A stretch of 64,000 nucleotides of DNA from the human T2T-CHM13v2.0 reference genome, Homo sapiens. Shown piece by piece: positions 14,107 to 31,761 of the stretch. The stretch lies in assembly GCF_009914755.1 (NCBI RefSeq), contig NC_060934.1, one strand, 5' to 3'. Within the stretch, counting starts at the first letter, position 1. Each line of letters starts with the position of its first letter. Position numbers and translations under genes: made by a program. The notes under the pieces are model-generated. The model did no database searches. It saw only the letters and a program-made list of their open reading frames with translations, and was not told where the DNA came from.

Positions 14107-15786
14107 TGTGTACGGAATTGGTGGGTTCTTGGGCTCACTGACTTCAAGAATGAAGCCATGGACCCTCGCGGTGAGTGTTACAGTCCTTAAAGATGGTGTG
14201 TCCAGAGTTTGCTCCTTCTGATATTCAGATGTGTTTGGAGTTTCTTCCTTCTGGTGGGTTCATGGTCTTGCTAGCTTCAGGAGTGAGGCTGCAGACCTTC
14301 GTGGTGAGTGTTACAGTTCTTAAGGTGGTGCATCTGGAGTTGTTCGTTCCTCCTGTCCAGACTTGTTCATGCCTCCCAGTGGGTTCATTGTCTCACTGGC
14401 CTCAGGAGTGAAACTGCAGACCTCCACCATGAGTGTTACAGCTCATAAAGGCAGTGCGGACCCAAAGAGTGAGCAGCAGCAATATTTATTGCAAAGGGAG
14501 AAAGAACAAATCTTCCACACTGTGGAAGGGGACCCAAGCAGGTTGCTGCTGCTGGCTCTGGCAACCTGCTTTTATTCCCTTATCTGGCCCCACCCACATG
14601 CTCCTGATTGGTCCATTTTACAGAGAGCTGATTGGTCCATTTCACAGAGAGCTGATTGGTCTGTTTTGACAGGGTGTTGATTGGTGCTTTTACAATCTCT
14701 GAGCTAGACACAGAGTGCTGATTGGTGCATTTACAATCCTCTAGCTAGACATAAAAGTTCTCCAAGTCTCCACTAGATTAGCTAGACACAAAGCACTGAT
14801 TGGTGCATTTACAAACCTTCAGCTAGACACAGAGTGCTGATTGGTGCATTTACAATCCTTTAGCTAGACACAAAAGTTCTCCAAGTCCCCACTAGATTAG
14901 CTAGAAACAGAGCACTGATTGGTGCATTTACAAATCTTTAGCTAGACACAGAGTGCTGATTGGTGCATTTACAATCCTCTAGCTAGACATGAAAGTTCTC
15001 CAAGTCCCCACTAGATTAGCTAGACACAGAGCACTGGTTGGTGCATTTACAAACCCTTGGCTAGACATAGAGTGCTGATTGGTGCATCCATGAACCCCGA
15101 GCTAGACACAGAGTGCTGATTGGTGCATTTACAATCCTCCAGCTAGACATAAAAGTTCTCCAAGTCCCCACCTGACTCAGGAGCCCAGCTGGCTTTACCT
15201 AGTGGGTCCTACACCAGAGCCGCGGGCAGAGCTGCCTGCCAGTACTGTGCCGTGCACCCACACTCCTTGGCCTTTGGGTGATTGATAGGACTAGGCACCG
15301 CGGAGCGGGGGTGGCGCCCATCGGGGAGGCTCAAGCCATGCGGTAGCCCACGGGGCAGGGGAGGCTCAGGCATGGCGAGCTGCAGGTCCCGAGCCCTGCC
15401 CCACGGGGAGGCAGCTGAGGCCTGGCAAGAATTTGAACGCAGCACAGGTGGGCTGGCAGTGCTGGGTGACCCAGCACACCCTCTGCAGTTGCTGGCCCGG
15501 GTGCTAAGTCCCTCACTGCCCGGGGCCGGTGGTGCCAGCTGGCTGCTCCGAGTGCGGGGCCTGCTGAGCCTGTGCCCACCATGCACAGCCCCGATTCCCG
15601 CCCGTGCCTCTCCCTCCACACCTCCCCACAAGCACAGGGAGCCAGCTTAGGCCTTGGCCAGCCCAGAGAGGGGCTCCCACAGTGCAGCAGTGGGCTAAAG
15701 GGCTCCTCAAGCATGACCAGAGTGGACGCCAAGCCTGAGGAGGCACCGAAAGCGAGCGAGGGCTGCTAGCACGTTTTCACCTCTCA
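14107..15786 (-). mobile_element. Full-length solo LTR12 (ERV9/HERV9 LTR, LTR12D-like)
   Basis: Termini tgtgtacggaattggtgggttc ... cacctctca (rc TGAGAGGTG); 4-bp TSD CCAT at 14103-14106 and 15787-15790; CCAAT repeat array and GC-rich U3. Confidence 0.95.
14600..15170 (-). repeat. LTR12 U3 tandem array (~40-bp units in a 119-bp higher-order period) with 11 intact CCAAT boxes
   Basis: gctagaca(c/t)agagtgctgattgg recurs at 14703, 14822, 14941 and 15060. Confidence 0.92.
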
Positions 15787-15791
<5 letters not shown>

Positions 15792-15837
<46 letters not shown>

Positions 15838-15925
15838 CAATTTCTTTGTCATATATATCACATATATCTTTGTATCTTATATATCTTTATCATATGTGTA
15901 TATATATATATATATATGTGTGTGT
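15792..15925. repeat. (TA)n microsatellite and AT-rich low-complexity sequence
   Basis: Read directly from the sequence. Confidence 0.9.
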
Positions 15926-17757
15926 CTCACAATTTCTTTATCCACTCATTGATCAGTGGGCATTTAGGCTGGTTCCATATTTTTGCAATTGTGAATTGTG
16001 TTGCTATAAACATGCACACGCAAGTATCTTTTTCATATAATGACTTCTTTTCCCCTGGATACCCAGTAATGGGATTGCTGGATCAAATGATAGAACTACA
16101 GACATTTTTTGACCTGTGATATATGTAAATCTGTATAATAAAGATATTCTACTACTTTTACTAATGTCTACAAAGATGACAGTTTAAAAATCTCAACTCA
16201 GAAAAAAAGTACACAAAATTCCAATCAATGCCTATATTTATTTTTCCCCAAGCAGTTAGACAAATTGAAGGTGGTGGGGGAGGCTAGCTTCACTTGATTT
16301 CCAGTGAATAGTGCTGATGAGTCAGGACCATTACATCTCTCAGAAAATGCCCTGTAAAAAACAAAATCTGAGTGTTGTGTTTACTAAAGTGATACCATAT
16401 GTTGGTTGATTAACAAGTTGTCAGAATATTAGAAGTTCTTGGCTGATTGCAAGAAGGAGCATCTGTTTGCTGGATCCTTTATCTAATGTGTGTACAGATA
16501 GCACCAGGTCTGGTGCTTTTCCTAAATATCAAATATAAATTCCTGTAGTATTTAGCTTTTAGAGAGTAACACCGATGTACAGCTAGAGTTGAAGATGTTT
16601 ATTCTGAGGAGAGCAAATTAAGGCCAGACAAAAAGATAAGTGTGCATATAAGAGTATGTCATTTAGCATTGTTTTACCATTATCTCTGACATTATGTACC
16701 ACAGTGAATGTTTACGTTAATGTCACTTGCATAGGGATTTAGGAAAAGAAGAAAAATCTCTTTTAGAGCTGTTTATTGTTTTATCTGTTGATGGAATTTA
16801 ATAATGCTTTATTTGTATAAAGTGACTTACAGTTTAAAAATACTTTCACATTGAATTCTCACAACATTGTAAAAGATGGCAAGGAATCCTATCCCCATTT
16901 CATGGATGAAGAATCTGCAGTTGAGTTGGGATACATCCATCTGGCTTAAACATGGTGAAACCAGGACATAAAGCCAGGTCTTCTGAGGTGCTATGATGGG
17001 ATTTACTCAGGGTGAAATTCTGGACTTTTCCTTTGTAACTTCCTGCATCTGTTCTCCACCACCTTTGATAACAGCCAGCTACCATATATTAGATTGTACC
17101 ATTTTAATTTCAGCCAGTAGATTCCTTTTCACTGCCCATCAAAGCAGACATAAAATAAGTAAAGGGAGGAAAAGGGACTCTTCTTATGTTAACTGAGTTC
17201 AAAGTTAGAATTAGATTTCAGTTGTTCCATTTCCTTTGAAGTTTCTCAGCACCCATGGTCTTAGAACTAAGTGGCTCTGTGATATGACGTACATTTCACC
17301 TTTTTCTTTAGCCTGAGTTTTTTTTGTTCTATATTTTTTGCAACATACAGGAAGACTATGTTATGGAGAATTTTTTTAATGTTTCAGGGAAATGGGACAT
17401 ATGAGGAAAAACAGAGTAGTTTCTTTTAAGTATCCCAAATTTTAGTTATTTATTTAAATCATAAGTCAGATGTCACTTTTGAGCATTTCTTCCTATTATT
17501 CATTTGCTTAATGTAGGGGAGGAAAAAAATAACTGTTTCTTTACCCTCTTAGATTCAGTGGCTGGGGTCTGTGAATTAAACTGACGAAGGATAATTAACA
17601 GGAGAAAGTGTTTATCTCCCATGTACACAGAGTGCCTCACAGAAAAGAAGTAAAAACCTTCAAAAAGTACTTAGGCATTGATGCTTATATACCATTTTAA
17701 CAAAGAGCAATACATTGTGTATAAGTGACAAGACAAAGTAAAAGGCTTTTGGGCTTC

Positions 17758-18485
<728 letters not shown>

Positions 18486-18685
18486 TAGGAAAGTAAGTAT
18501 ATGGAGGAAACTAGTGGAAGATGTGGATTATTTAATCAGTTTTATTATGCAGACTCAAGTTATTACAATCTTCAGTGATAAGAGTTATCTCCTTTTCCTG
18601 GTATGAAATTTATCCCCTGCTTTTAGGCAAAAATAGGGGTGGCAGAGAGTTCCTTCTGTATCTGCTGTTTCTCTATTGCCTTTGA

Positions 18686-19031
<346 letters not shown>

Positions 19032-19571
19032 AAAATTCTGCCTGTCTTGCTCTACGATTTTCCTCCTCTGAACTCATATACTCATACTCATCTCTCTGTA
19101 ATACCATTTCCTTTCCTCTTCTCCTTCCCAACCTTACCCATCCTTCAACTCAAGTTCAAATTTGTTTTCCTATTTCAGTGTCTCCCCAGACCTCCAGCTA
19201 TATCAAGTGGCTTTTCCTTCCAAATGTTTTGAAGACACATATCATTGTCTGAGGAATTAATTTGACAATCTGTCATTTAGTCCTGTGGTTGTGTTGTTTT
19301 AAGTTATGTGAGTCTTCTATTGTTATTTAACTTCTCACATTTTGCTCCCTTTTGTCTCTTTAACCTCAGCTTCTCTCTCTTGCTCATGTCTGTAATCCTG
19401 GAGTATTGCTTTCCAAAGTGTGAGTCAAGAACAGTCTGAGTCAAAATTCATCCCCTATTGTTGTTGAAAAGGTAGGGTCCTGATACTGATTATGGATCAG
19501 CTAAATTGACTTCCCAAATGATTCCTCTGTATAGTGAAGTTTATGAATCATTGATATAGACAGCACATGTT

Positions 19572-20460
19572 ACTCATTCATTTATCCATGCAACAACTAT
19601 TTGAGCACACGTTAGGAGCTGGTTACCTGGGATACAGTAGTGAGTCTGGCAGACATGGTCCCTGTTATCTTGGAATTTCTTATTTAGTTTGGAAGACAGA
19701 CAATGAACAAGGACTTAAGATATGATGTCGGTTACAAAGGTGAGATGTAAAGACCTGTGGAAATATCTGAGAGGGGAACCTAATCTGGCAAGTGCAGGTA
19801 TCAGGGAATATTTCCCAGAGGATATGGAGTTGAGACCTAAAGAGAAGTAGGACCTGGCTAGATGAAGTGAGAGGGGGAAGGATGAAAGGCCAAAGGAATT
19901 ACCTGTAGAAAGGCTCTGAGGTGGGAAAGAGCATGCCCTCTTCTTTGGAGGGACAGCAGACAAGATCAACCTAACTTGAGTCTCCAAGTCAAAGGAGAAA
20001 AGTAATAGGAAGAAGAGCTAGCAAGGTAATGCATGGCTGGATTATGGGGGGCTTTGAGGCCATGATAAGGAGTTTGGAACTTACCAAATGTAGTAGGAAA
20101 CAACTGATGGAGAACAGCCTGATCAATTTTGTCATTCAGATTATTTCAGTTCTAGAAGGTAACAAGAATGTACCTGGAAAAATAATTAAGGGACATAATG
20201 TAATATTCCAGGAGAAAGGAGATGATAGTTTTGTCCAGGTTGGTGGTAGTAGGATGGATTCAAATGATTCTTAGGAGATAGATTAGATGGAATTTAGTCA
20301 TTAATTCCTTTTTGGGTGAGAGAAAGGGAAGTGTCAAGGATGTCTCTGATTTTTGTTTTAATAACATTTTGTGGAACCATATAACACTGAGGACCAGGTT
20401 TTAAGGACAAAAGTTCAGTTCCGGGTACACAGGTTTTGGAGTACCTACAGACCATTCAGG
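19572..20460 (-). mobile_element. L2 LINE fragment
   Basis: tcattcatttatccatgcaacaactatttgagcac terminus followed by a purine-rich L2 body. Confidence 0.7.
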
Positions 20461-20690
20461 TGGAACATGCCTGTTCTTTTTCATATTTCCCATGGAAAGG
20501 GGGAATTTTAAGTGGGGCTTTGAGAGAATTGTGGAATTTAGATGAGCACGAGTGGGATCCAGTTAAAGGACCACAAATGTGTTTATCTACCAAAAGGGTC
20601 CCTTTGTGTCTTTTTTCTTACTTGATGCTTAGTGATGCACTGAATTCATAGTTCCATATTTTTTAATCCATCTTCAAAAATGACTGTGTT

Positions 20691-21029
<339 letters not shown>

Positions 21030-21412
21030 TTATGATGGCTTTGTTTGTTTGTTTGTCTTCATTTTGTTTTGTTATGAAGTGATTTGAGTCAATGAGTCTC
21101 TTTGCATGGATTGTATTTATGTTGGTCCTTTGGTTGGGGGTAAGCTAAGGGTAGGGGCATATGTTCTTTAAAGTTAATCTATAAACACAATTTGTATTTT
21201 GCTTAATGTAGTATATTAATCAGTTTTGGGTGAGTTCAGACATACTTGAGGATATGAGAGAACTCCCATGAAGAGAATAAGTGAAAGCAGAACTATAACA
21301 TTTTATACTAAAATTGTAGTGCTCCTGGTAAACATGTTTGGAGAGGGATTTTAGGAGATTATTTGCAAGAATCAGTTGGTCTTTGATAACAATACACTCT
21401 AGTTATGCAAGG

Positions 21413-21844
21413 GGCTATGGTTTCAACATGATTTGTTTCTCCCCACCAAAATGCATGTTAAAAAGTGATCCCCAATGTGGTGGCATTAGGAGATGGGATA
21501 TAGTGAGAGGTGTTTAGGTCATAGATGCAGATCCCTTGTGAAAGGCTTAGTGCCATTCTTGTCGTAGTGAATGAATTCTTGTTCTGAAGGGACTGAATTA
21601 GTGCCCACAAGAGCGGGTTGCTATAAAGCTGGGACACCCCCCAGGTTTTCTCTTTTCACACATGTCTGCTTCACCTTTGACCTTCTCTACCATGTATGAT
21701 GCAGCACAATAGCCCTCACCGGAAGTCAAGGTGATACCCTTGAACTTCCCAGACTGCAGAATGATGAGCTAAATAAACCTCTTTTCTCTATAAATTACCC
21801 AGTTTCAGGTACTCTTTTATAGCAACACAAAATGGATGAAGACA
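21413..21844 (+). mobile_element. MSTC/D-like MaLR LTR
   Basis: gctatggttt...ccccaatgtggtgg...tataaattacccagtttcaggta...aagaca. Confidence 0.8.
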
Positions 21845-24049
21845 CATTTCATAGAACTATTCAGATATAGCCAAATTTCCAAAAAAGAGGAAATAATGGA
21901 AAGCTACAGATTCTCCTTCTACCTCTTTTCTTCTGATTGTCCTTCCTCTCTTTCTGTTAGTCATCTGCTTCTCATTCATCTTCAGAAAAGAGAATAATGA
22001 AAAAAAGACAGTGGGGCTAAATTACTCTGTGTCCTAAAAATAATTCCCCCAAATCATTATTTGCTGCGTTTTGAAAATTATGCAAAAGGCTTTAAAACTA
22101 AACATGAATGATAGAATGTAAAAGTGGGTCCTTTGGTTGTCCTCATGCATTCCAGTATGAGAAATCCTTCCACACAATTCCTGAGCAATCCTCAACTAGC
22201 CTCTTCTTGGTTATTCTTAGCAGCGGGGAACTCCCTCTCTATTTTAGGAAACAACCATTTATTCCCACTAAATCTGGTTAGACTGAATAACTTTCCTAAA
22301 AATGAATCAAAATTAGTCTACCTCGGGGAATGGTTCTGCACCTCACAGCAACACAGAAGGAATCTATTCTATATGCTATATGACAGCCTTTCAAATATAT
22401 TAAGACAACTGCCAGGTCTCTTCAAATCTTCTCTTCTGCAAACTAAATATCCCCAATTCCCTCAAATACATTTCTTACAGAACACAGTGTCTGCATTCTT
22501 CACCATCTTTACAAAAACATATCTCCCCTGAGCCCTCCCAAAGGACAATCACCCCTTTCTGAGTGACACTCACACTTTAAACAGCACCATCTATAGTAGG
22601 ACAGCTGCCTCTTGGTTATTCTTGTGTTTACTTTTAATGACAAACACTTTAGCTTTCAACAGAGCCAGTGAGTGAAGACTTGGGGATATGTGCTGTTTTT
22701 AAAGCTCAAGCTTTCCAGGGTGGGTGGAATGTGTACGTATGGTTTAAAACAGAAGTGGTTTTTCATTTGTGGGACTTGAAATGGGCTGAATCCCAGTGGA
22801 ATCACTGGATAATAAATGGGAGGGGTTTTAAATTTCATCAGAGTAAAATGGGAAGATATTTCCCCTTTTGCACTCTTTATGTGGCAGTTGTACCTTAATC
22901 TGCTTTTAAGAACAGCTGTTGCAACAGATGTTCATTTTAGATAGTATCTTTTTTTGAAAGTATACCCAGCAAATCCTTTTCATAAGGAGATGTTTATGAA
23001 AGCCCAAAACTTTTCCTAATGCAAATAAGCTATCATTTGTGCAGCACCTTCAGACTATCACCCACACAGACTAAGCACCTTCAAAGCGCACAGTCCTCAA
23101 GTATATGTTATGGAGGATTTCCCATGAGGCCAAAGCCCCATTTTGGCCTCAAGAAACTCCCAATGCACTGATTGCTGTCCAGCAGCAGGATTCCAGCCCA
23201 TGGGGAGGTCACTGGTCAACAGAGCAGGGCTAGGAGAAACAGAAAAGCTGGCTGCAATACTGGCAGTATTCAATTCAAAACCAGGAGCACATGATTGTCC
23301 CTTTTCCTAGTTTTCCTTTCTGCCAGATTTTTGGCTCTGGCCCCATAGGTGGTCATTCAAACCAGATGAGGTCTTTATACTTGGAAATCACAGACACGCT
23401 GGAGAATTCTGCTCTTGGTTGGTACAGGGACACAAAACTATATTATCTCAGAAAAAAATATGTATTTCTCTCATTACGTATGGTATCTAATATAGGTATG
23501 TGTGACATTTATAAAATATATGTTTCTGTATGTAAAAAGAGAAAGAGATGCATAGGCTGAAATTTTTTTTAATCAATAAAAGTTCTATCTGAAATAAAAT
23601 AGGATGCCCTTAAGAAGAGACTGCTCTTACTAGTCTCTATTCTCCACCAATCTCTCATCTAGAAGGGAAACTTCTTTGCTAAAGAGGGAACTCTCAGAAT
23701 CACCATTTACCCACCTGTCTCTGTTGTGGGAGTCTTCACACTTCTACTACATAAGTAGTAAAACCCACAGGTAACCTGCAGGATAAGGAATTCCAGTTGG
23801 GGTAGGTTACAGTTACATACAAGGACACCACTCAGTTCCAGTTTGGTTGGTTAAGGCTTAATGAGAATCTCCTCCAAGACATTTGCTTCAGCATCTCCTT
23901 GCAAGTCCTCGAACTCTTCCTTTGTTGTAACTATCTGTTATTTTGTTACTTTTAATTTATTTGAATTAATCCATACCCATGATTTTAAAAATCAAAGGCT
24001 ACTAAATCATACTATTACCTAATTTACCAGCTTTAAAGAATCAACTCTT

Positions 24050-24553
<504 letters not shown>

Positions 24554-24689
24554 CTAATTTCTGTCTTCCCTTCCCTTCTCCTCCCCTTCCCAACACATGT
24601 TAGCAATATTATTTTTAAATGGTCATTGCTCATAAAATTTAAGTTCTGAAATCATCATTCTATGGTTGTCTTATTTTTAGTTTTAGTGC

Positions 24690-25130
24690 TAAGTGGGTTC
24701 AGTCCTAAAAGCAGCCCTTTTGCCCTGACTTTTTCAATTTTCTGTTGGATGACTGGGGTTTGGACTTCCAATATTTCCTCAAAAGGACTCATGGGAACTA
24801 TTTTCCTGAGCATTTAAATTTGAAAATCCTCTGGTTTTATACTTGGATGACAGTGTTGTGAGTAAAATTCTTGAGTCATACTTTACATCTCTGAAGACTT
24901 TGTGTCTATTATCCACTGCCTTCCAGAGTTGACTTTTTTGTCACTTACTATTTGATCTGTACTCATTTTTTCTTAGCCTATATTTCCATGTGTCAACTCA
25001 TGTCCTTTATTTCAATAAAACGTCTTGAATTATCTTTGGATATAATTATACCTTTTCCTCTTCCAATTACTTGGTTTTCTCCAGTGATAACTGTTACTTA
25101 GAAGGGGGATCTTTGTTGTATCTCCCATCT
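24690..25130 (-). mobile_element. Ancient L1M-type fragment
   Basis: T-rich; resembles antisense L1 ORF2 (tacttggatgacag...aaaattcttgagtca...tccactgccttcc). Confidence 0.4.
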
Positions 25131-25145
25131 ATACATTTTTAATCT

Positions 25146-25530
<385 letters not shown>

Positions 25531-26145
25531 CTATGTTTTTCGGCATCATCTCTTCTGCTCTACTCCTCTTCCAACGGTGCCTCATTTTTACGATGGTTTT
25601 ATTGATCTGCCTTTGAGACTCTCCGTACAGCCCTGGTCTGCCAGTCTGACCATTGTCCATCGGAGCTGTTCATTAACTAATTGCAGAAAACCCTGATTAT
25701 AGACCCCATCTTTGACTCAATTTTTCCTAACATGAGCTTCCTGTCTTGTCGCTTGTCACAGCATCCTGGGTCCGCTGCCTCCCTTTCTCTCATTCTTTTC
25801 TCTTTTGTATTTGCTCATATAACCTTTGTAGCTGACTGGGCTAATGGTGATTAATCTGCTCAGAATTTCTCCCTCTTCGCTGCCTCCCAGGTCATTTATT
25901 TCCTTTCTCAGTTCAGAGGGTCCGGCTTCCAAAAAATGTCACTGCTCTATACTTCTCCATCTCCCTTCACTCATTAATATGTTCTGCACTTTTAATTCAT
26001 TTCCACTTGGTTATAAAACATCATAACTATCAGCAGAGAAAGAGAACCAGTACACTTGAAGATTCATCATGCAGTCCTGAGGGGGTGGGCCTCCTGCATT
26101 CAATTTCTTTGAAGTCCAGCATTTTATCTCAGAAAATAAGGCAAT

Positions 26146-26822
<677 letters not shown>

Positions 26823-27360
26823 TCAATTAATTAACTCCTTTATCCCACCTCCAAACCTCAAGTAAAAGTGAAGCCTCAAAAACATAAGCCATAATACTAA
26901 TGAGCTTTCCAATACTTTCTGTCATGCCCCTGGGAATTCTCAGGGGTAGAGGATCACAGCCAGGGATAAATCACATGTAAAAAAGGGTCCCTTATATCCA
27001 GCTTTGAACCTCTAGCCTGTGGCACAGTATGAGGTACACACCTGATTCAGTGATTATTGTATGTGGAATTGACTGAAATTGAAATTGCAAGCATTCTCTG
27101 CAGTATTCAATAGGCTGCTGCCTATTTCAGTTTATTCTTGGTGTTGTTCTAACTAAAATGGAATCTCTCTTCTGTAGGGAAAGAAAGATGGAGGTTGGGC
27201 CTTAAAGAATCAAGTGTAACGTGTTTGTCCTTTTTCAGGAGTCAGCTATTGAAATCGTCTTTGTTAGTTCATTCCTCCCAACATGGAGGAGACCGGACAC
27301 TTTCCTCAAGCCTCATGTCCATGGGCTTGATGATTGATGAGTCAAAGCTTCATATTCCTC

Positions 27361-27674
<314 letters not shown>

Positions 27675-28041
27675 TCATATTCCTCACCTGGAATCTGGGG
27701 ATGATGATAGTACCAGCCTTATCAGGTCGTTGAGAGGAATACATGATCCTACCATTGAAAGCGCTTGACCTGCAACCTGACATAAAGTGTACACTCATTC
27801 AAAATAGCTGTTGCTACTGTTAAGTGGTTGGCCGAAGGAGCACAGAGATCATAGGATGACCCCAAATCATTTTGGCTAAAAATGCTTCGAAAATATGCCC
27901 CTGAAACTGAGGAGCAATTCTAGACAATGATTGGTCGCCTTGGTATAGAACTCTACAATTCCCACAATTAATACAATAATTTAAAATATTTTTCTATCCC
28001 TTATCTTCCCCCCAAACACACATGTGCACACACTTTTACCC

Positions 28042-28862
28042 ATGCAGAGGAGAAAGAGTAATACCTTTTTCTCACCCATCACAAGGGTCATGGCTGATAC
28101 CCTATAACAAAAGACAGATTAACAAGAGAAAAGCAAACAAATTGATTTAATGTAAGTTTTACATGGCACAGGAGCCTTCAGAAATGGAGATCCAAAGACC
28201 TAGGGAAGACTGCGTGTTTTTATGTTTGGTTTGATGAAGAATGGACAGTCTTGTACAAGTATGATTGGAGGCTGAATGCAGTGGCTCACTCCTGTAATCC
28301 CAAGGACTTTGGGAGGCCAAGGTGAGAGGATTGCTTGAGGCTGGGAGTTTGAGACCAGCCGGGGCAGCCTAGTGAGACCGCATCTCTACAAAATGAAAAT
28401 TTTAAAAATTAGCTGGGTATAGTGGTGCATGCCTATAGTCCCAGATACTCAGGAGGCTGTGGCAGGAAGATTGATTGAGCCAAGGAGTTCAAGGCTGCAG
28501 TGAGCTGTGATCATACCACTGTGCTCCAGCCTGGGTGACAGAGTGAGACTCTGTCTCTATTTAAAAAAAAAAAAAAAAAAGTATGATTGGACATACAAAG
28601 GGTATGATCTAATGATAATAAACTGAGGGGGAGCTTAGCAAGGCCTGTTTGTTCAGATTCTTCTTGACCTCTCTTTGCGGCAGGCGTTTCCCCTTGGTAT
28701 AAGGCAAGATACCTGTCACTTAGGGATCTTATGGCCCATTTTCAGGGGAGGTTGGTCAGAGAATTCCTTTATGGCTGGCTCTTAAACAGAAAGACTGGGG
28801 AAAGTCAAAGCTAGTGACCTGCAAGGTACCATATTTTGGGGTAACATGTTTTGCACCCCAAT
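28042..28862 (-). mobile_element. MER34/MER39-group ERV1 LTR interrupted by an Alu
   Basis: aaagacagattaacaagagaaaagc...; right end ccatattttggggtaacatgtttt..cccca. Confidence 0.6.
28270..28580 (+). mobile_element. AluJ-like
   Basis: Alu consensus; TSD aagtatgattgga. Confidence 0.93.
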
Positions 28863-29432
28863 GCCCAGAAATAGTAAAACAGCAAAGCAGGAGGAGGTTT
28901 TACCTACAGGTCCCATGCGGTAGCCATTTCTCATCCTTACTTCGAAAGCCTGAACTTCCCCAAACAGCTTATTCTATGTGAGGCGCTGAACCCAAGCCTC
29001 CCTTGACTCAGAGCTCACCGTATGGTAGAATGGTCAGCAGCCCTAAATTCCCGTGGGCTTTAGAAGTTAGGGCTTTCCCACAGCAGGATTGCCCTGGTTG
29101 ACAAACACAAGGAATCCAGAAGTTTCTCCTACCCACAGATTCCCCCATATTTCCTGGGAGAACCCAGTGCTATCTAGGAGTTCCAGAATTAGGACGAGCC
29201 ATGGAGGATATCCTGTTTAAGGGAAGGCAGGCTGCTGACCAGTTATTTTCTTAACACCTTTCCATCCTTTGGCACCTACTCCAGGAAATGCCAGCCAGAG
29301 CTCTCCAATTAGCTACCATATGGATAGAGTCTATAAGAAGAAAATGTATAATCCATATCAGTTAAGTGCTCTGAAGAGCAGATCATTCCAGGGAGGGAAA
29401 GGGATAACCAGGACATGGGTTTGTCATGCTTA

Positions 29433-29735
<303 letters not shown>

Positions 29736-29921
29736 GATCAGTCACCTTGTACCACATTGTCTAATTTTTTCATAATGTAGTTTTACTCTATTTAATGTGA
29801 TTTAAAGACCTGCATTCCTGACTATTAATCTGGTCAGGAATAAGAAACATTTAACAGGCACAATAGGAAAGTTCTCCATTCAGGAGAGTTATATAAGGTT
29901 TGGAAATACCTGCAAAAATCA

Positions 29922-30150
29922 GACATACTATTTGATAGTACAATAGGGTGACTATAGTCAACAATAACTTAATTGTACATTTGTGTAAATGCATTGTTTG
30001 TAACACAAAGGATAAATGGTGCCCCCCTTCTCCATTATGTGATTATTTCACACTGCATGCCTGTATCAACACATCTCATGTACCCACAAATATATATATA
30101 TATATATACCTATTCTGTACCCACAAATATTAAAAATTTAAAAATTTACA
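29922..30150 (+). mobile_element. L1MA 3' end fragment
   Basis: tatttgatagtacaatagggtgactatagtcaacaataacttaattgtacattt...tgtacccacaaa. Confidence 0.75.
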
Positions 30151-30246
30151 AACAAAATTCTTGCAAAAGCAACCCAGAATAGGATCAAGCCTGGAGGCAG
30201 TGAAACTGTAGTGGGTAACAGATTTCATTGCCAGCTTCATGGTTGA

Positions 30247-31015
<769 letters not shown>

Positions 31016-31316
31016 AGCAATCATTGCGACCTTGTTTTCCAGTGTCATCCCCATAAGGTTAAGTTCATCACATCCCATTTGTTCACAGCCCAGGCTTCTA
31101 AGAGAAGCACATTTGGGACAGAGGGCATGGGGCCCTGAGATGGCCCTCCAACCTCAGTTAGAGGTCACACCCACACCAGGACTCTTGAGGTCCCTCAGGG
31201 GCTTGGAGAAATGCACAGGACCCAATTCACTCTGCATGTGTGACCAGAGGTGACATTTACAATGTCTGGGGTGGTGCTTACAGCAAGACCTTGGGAAGAT
31301 TATGTTATTTGGTGTT

Positions 31317-31761
31317 TCTTTATTTATCTTTTTGAGACAGGATCTCACTCTGTCACCCAAGCTGGAATGCCTGGTAGTGCAATCATAGCTCCCTGTGGCC
31401 TCAGACTCCTGGGCTCAAACGATCTTCCTGCTCAGCCTCCTGAGTAACTGGTACTACAGGCATGTGCCACCACACCCAGTTAATTTTAAATTTCTTTTTG
31501 GAGAGATGGAGTCTTGCTATGTTGCACAGGCTGGTCTTAAACTCCTGGGCTTAAGCAATCTTCCCATCTCAGCCTCCTGAGTAACTGGGACTATGGGCAT
31601 GTGCCACCATGCCCAGTTAATTAAAAAAAATTTTTTTGAGAGACGGGGTCTTGCTATGTTGCCCAGGCTAGTCTTAAATTCCTGGGCTTGAGCGATCTTC
31701 CCACCTCGGCCTCCCCCTCCTGAAGTGCTGGGATAACAGGCATGAGCCACCACACCTAACC
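31317..31761 (-). mobile_element. AluJ-like element with an internal ~136-bp tandem duplication (three arms)
   Basis: Alu consensus with a repeated middle segment. Confidence 0.88.

Larger units (their letters stand above)
13243..16092 (-). mobile_element. 5'-truncated L1PB-type LINE hosting an Alu and an LTR12
   Basis: L1PB 3' UTR (ggttacatgaataagttctttagtggtgattt); 18-bp TSD gaactacagacatttttt at 13225-13242 and 16093-16110. Confidence 0.85.

Noticed and set aside
14600-15170. Regularly spaced repeats resembling a CRISPR array
   Set aside because: The 'spacers' are themselves repeated; this is the normal LTR12 U3 array in eukaryotic DNA, and there are no cas genes.
14175-15769. Several overlapping 65-140-aa ORFs
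   Set aside because: All lie inside the LTR12 (GC-rich U3 and repetitive U5), with no gag/pol/env similarity.
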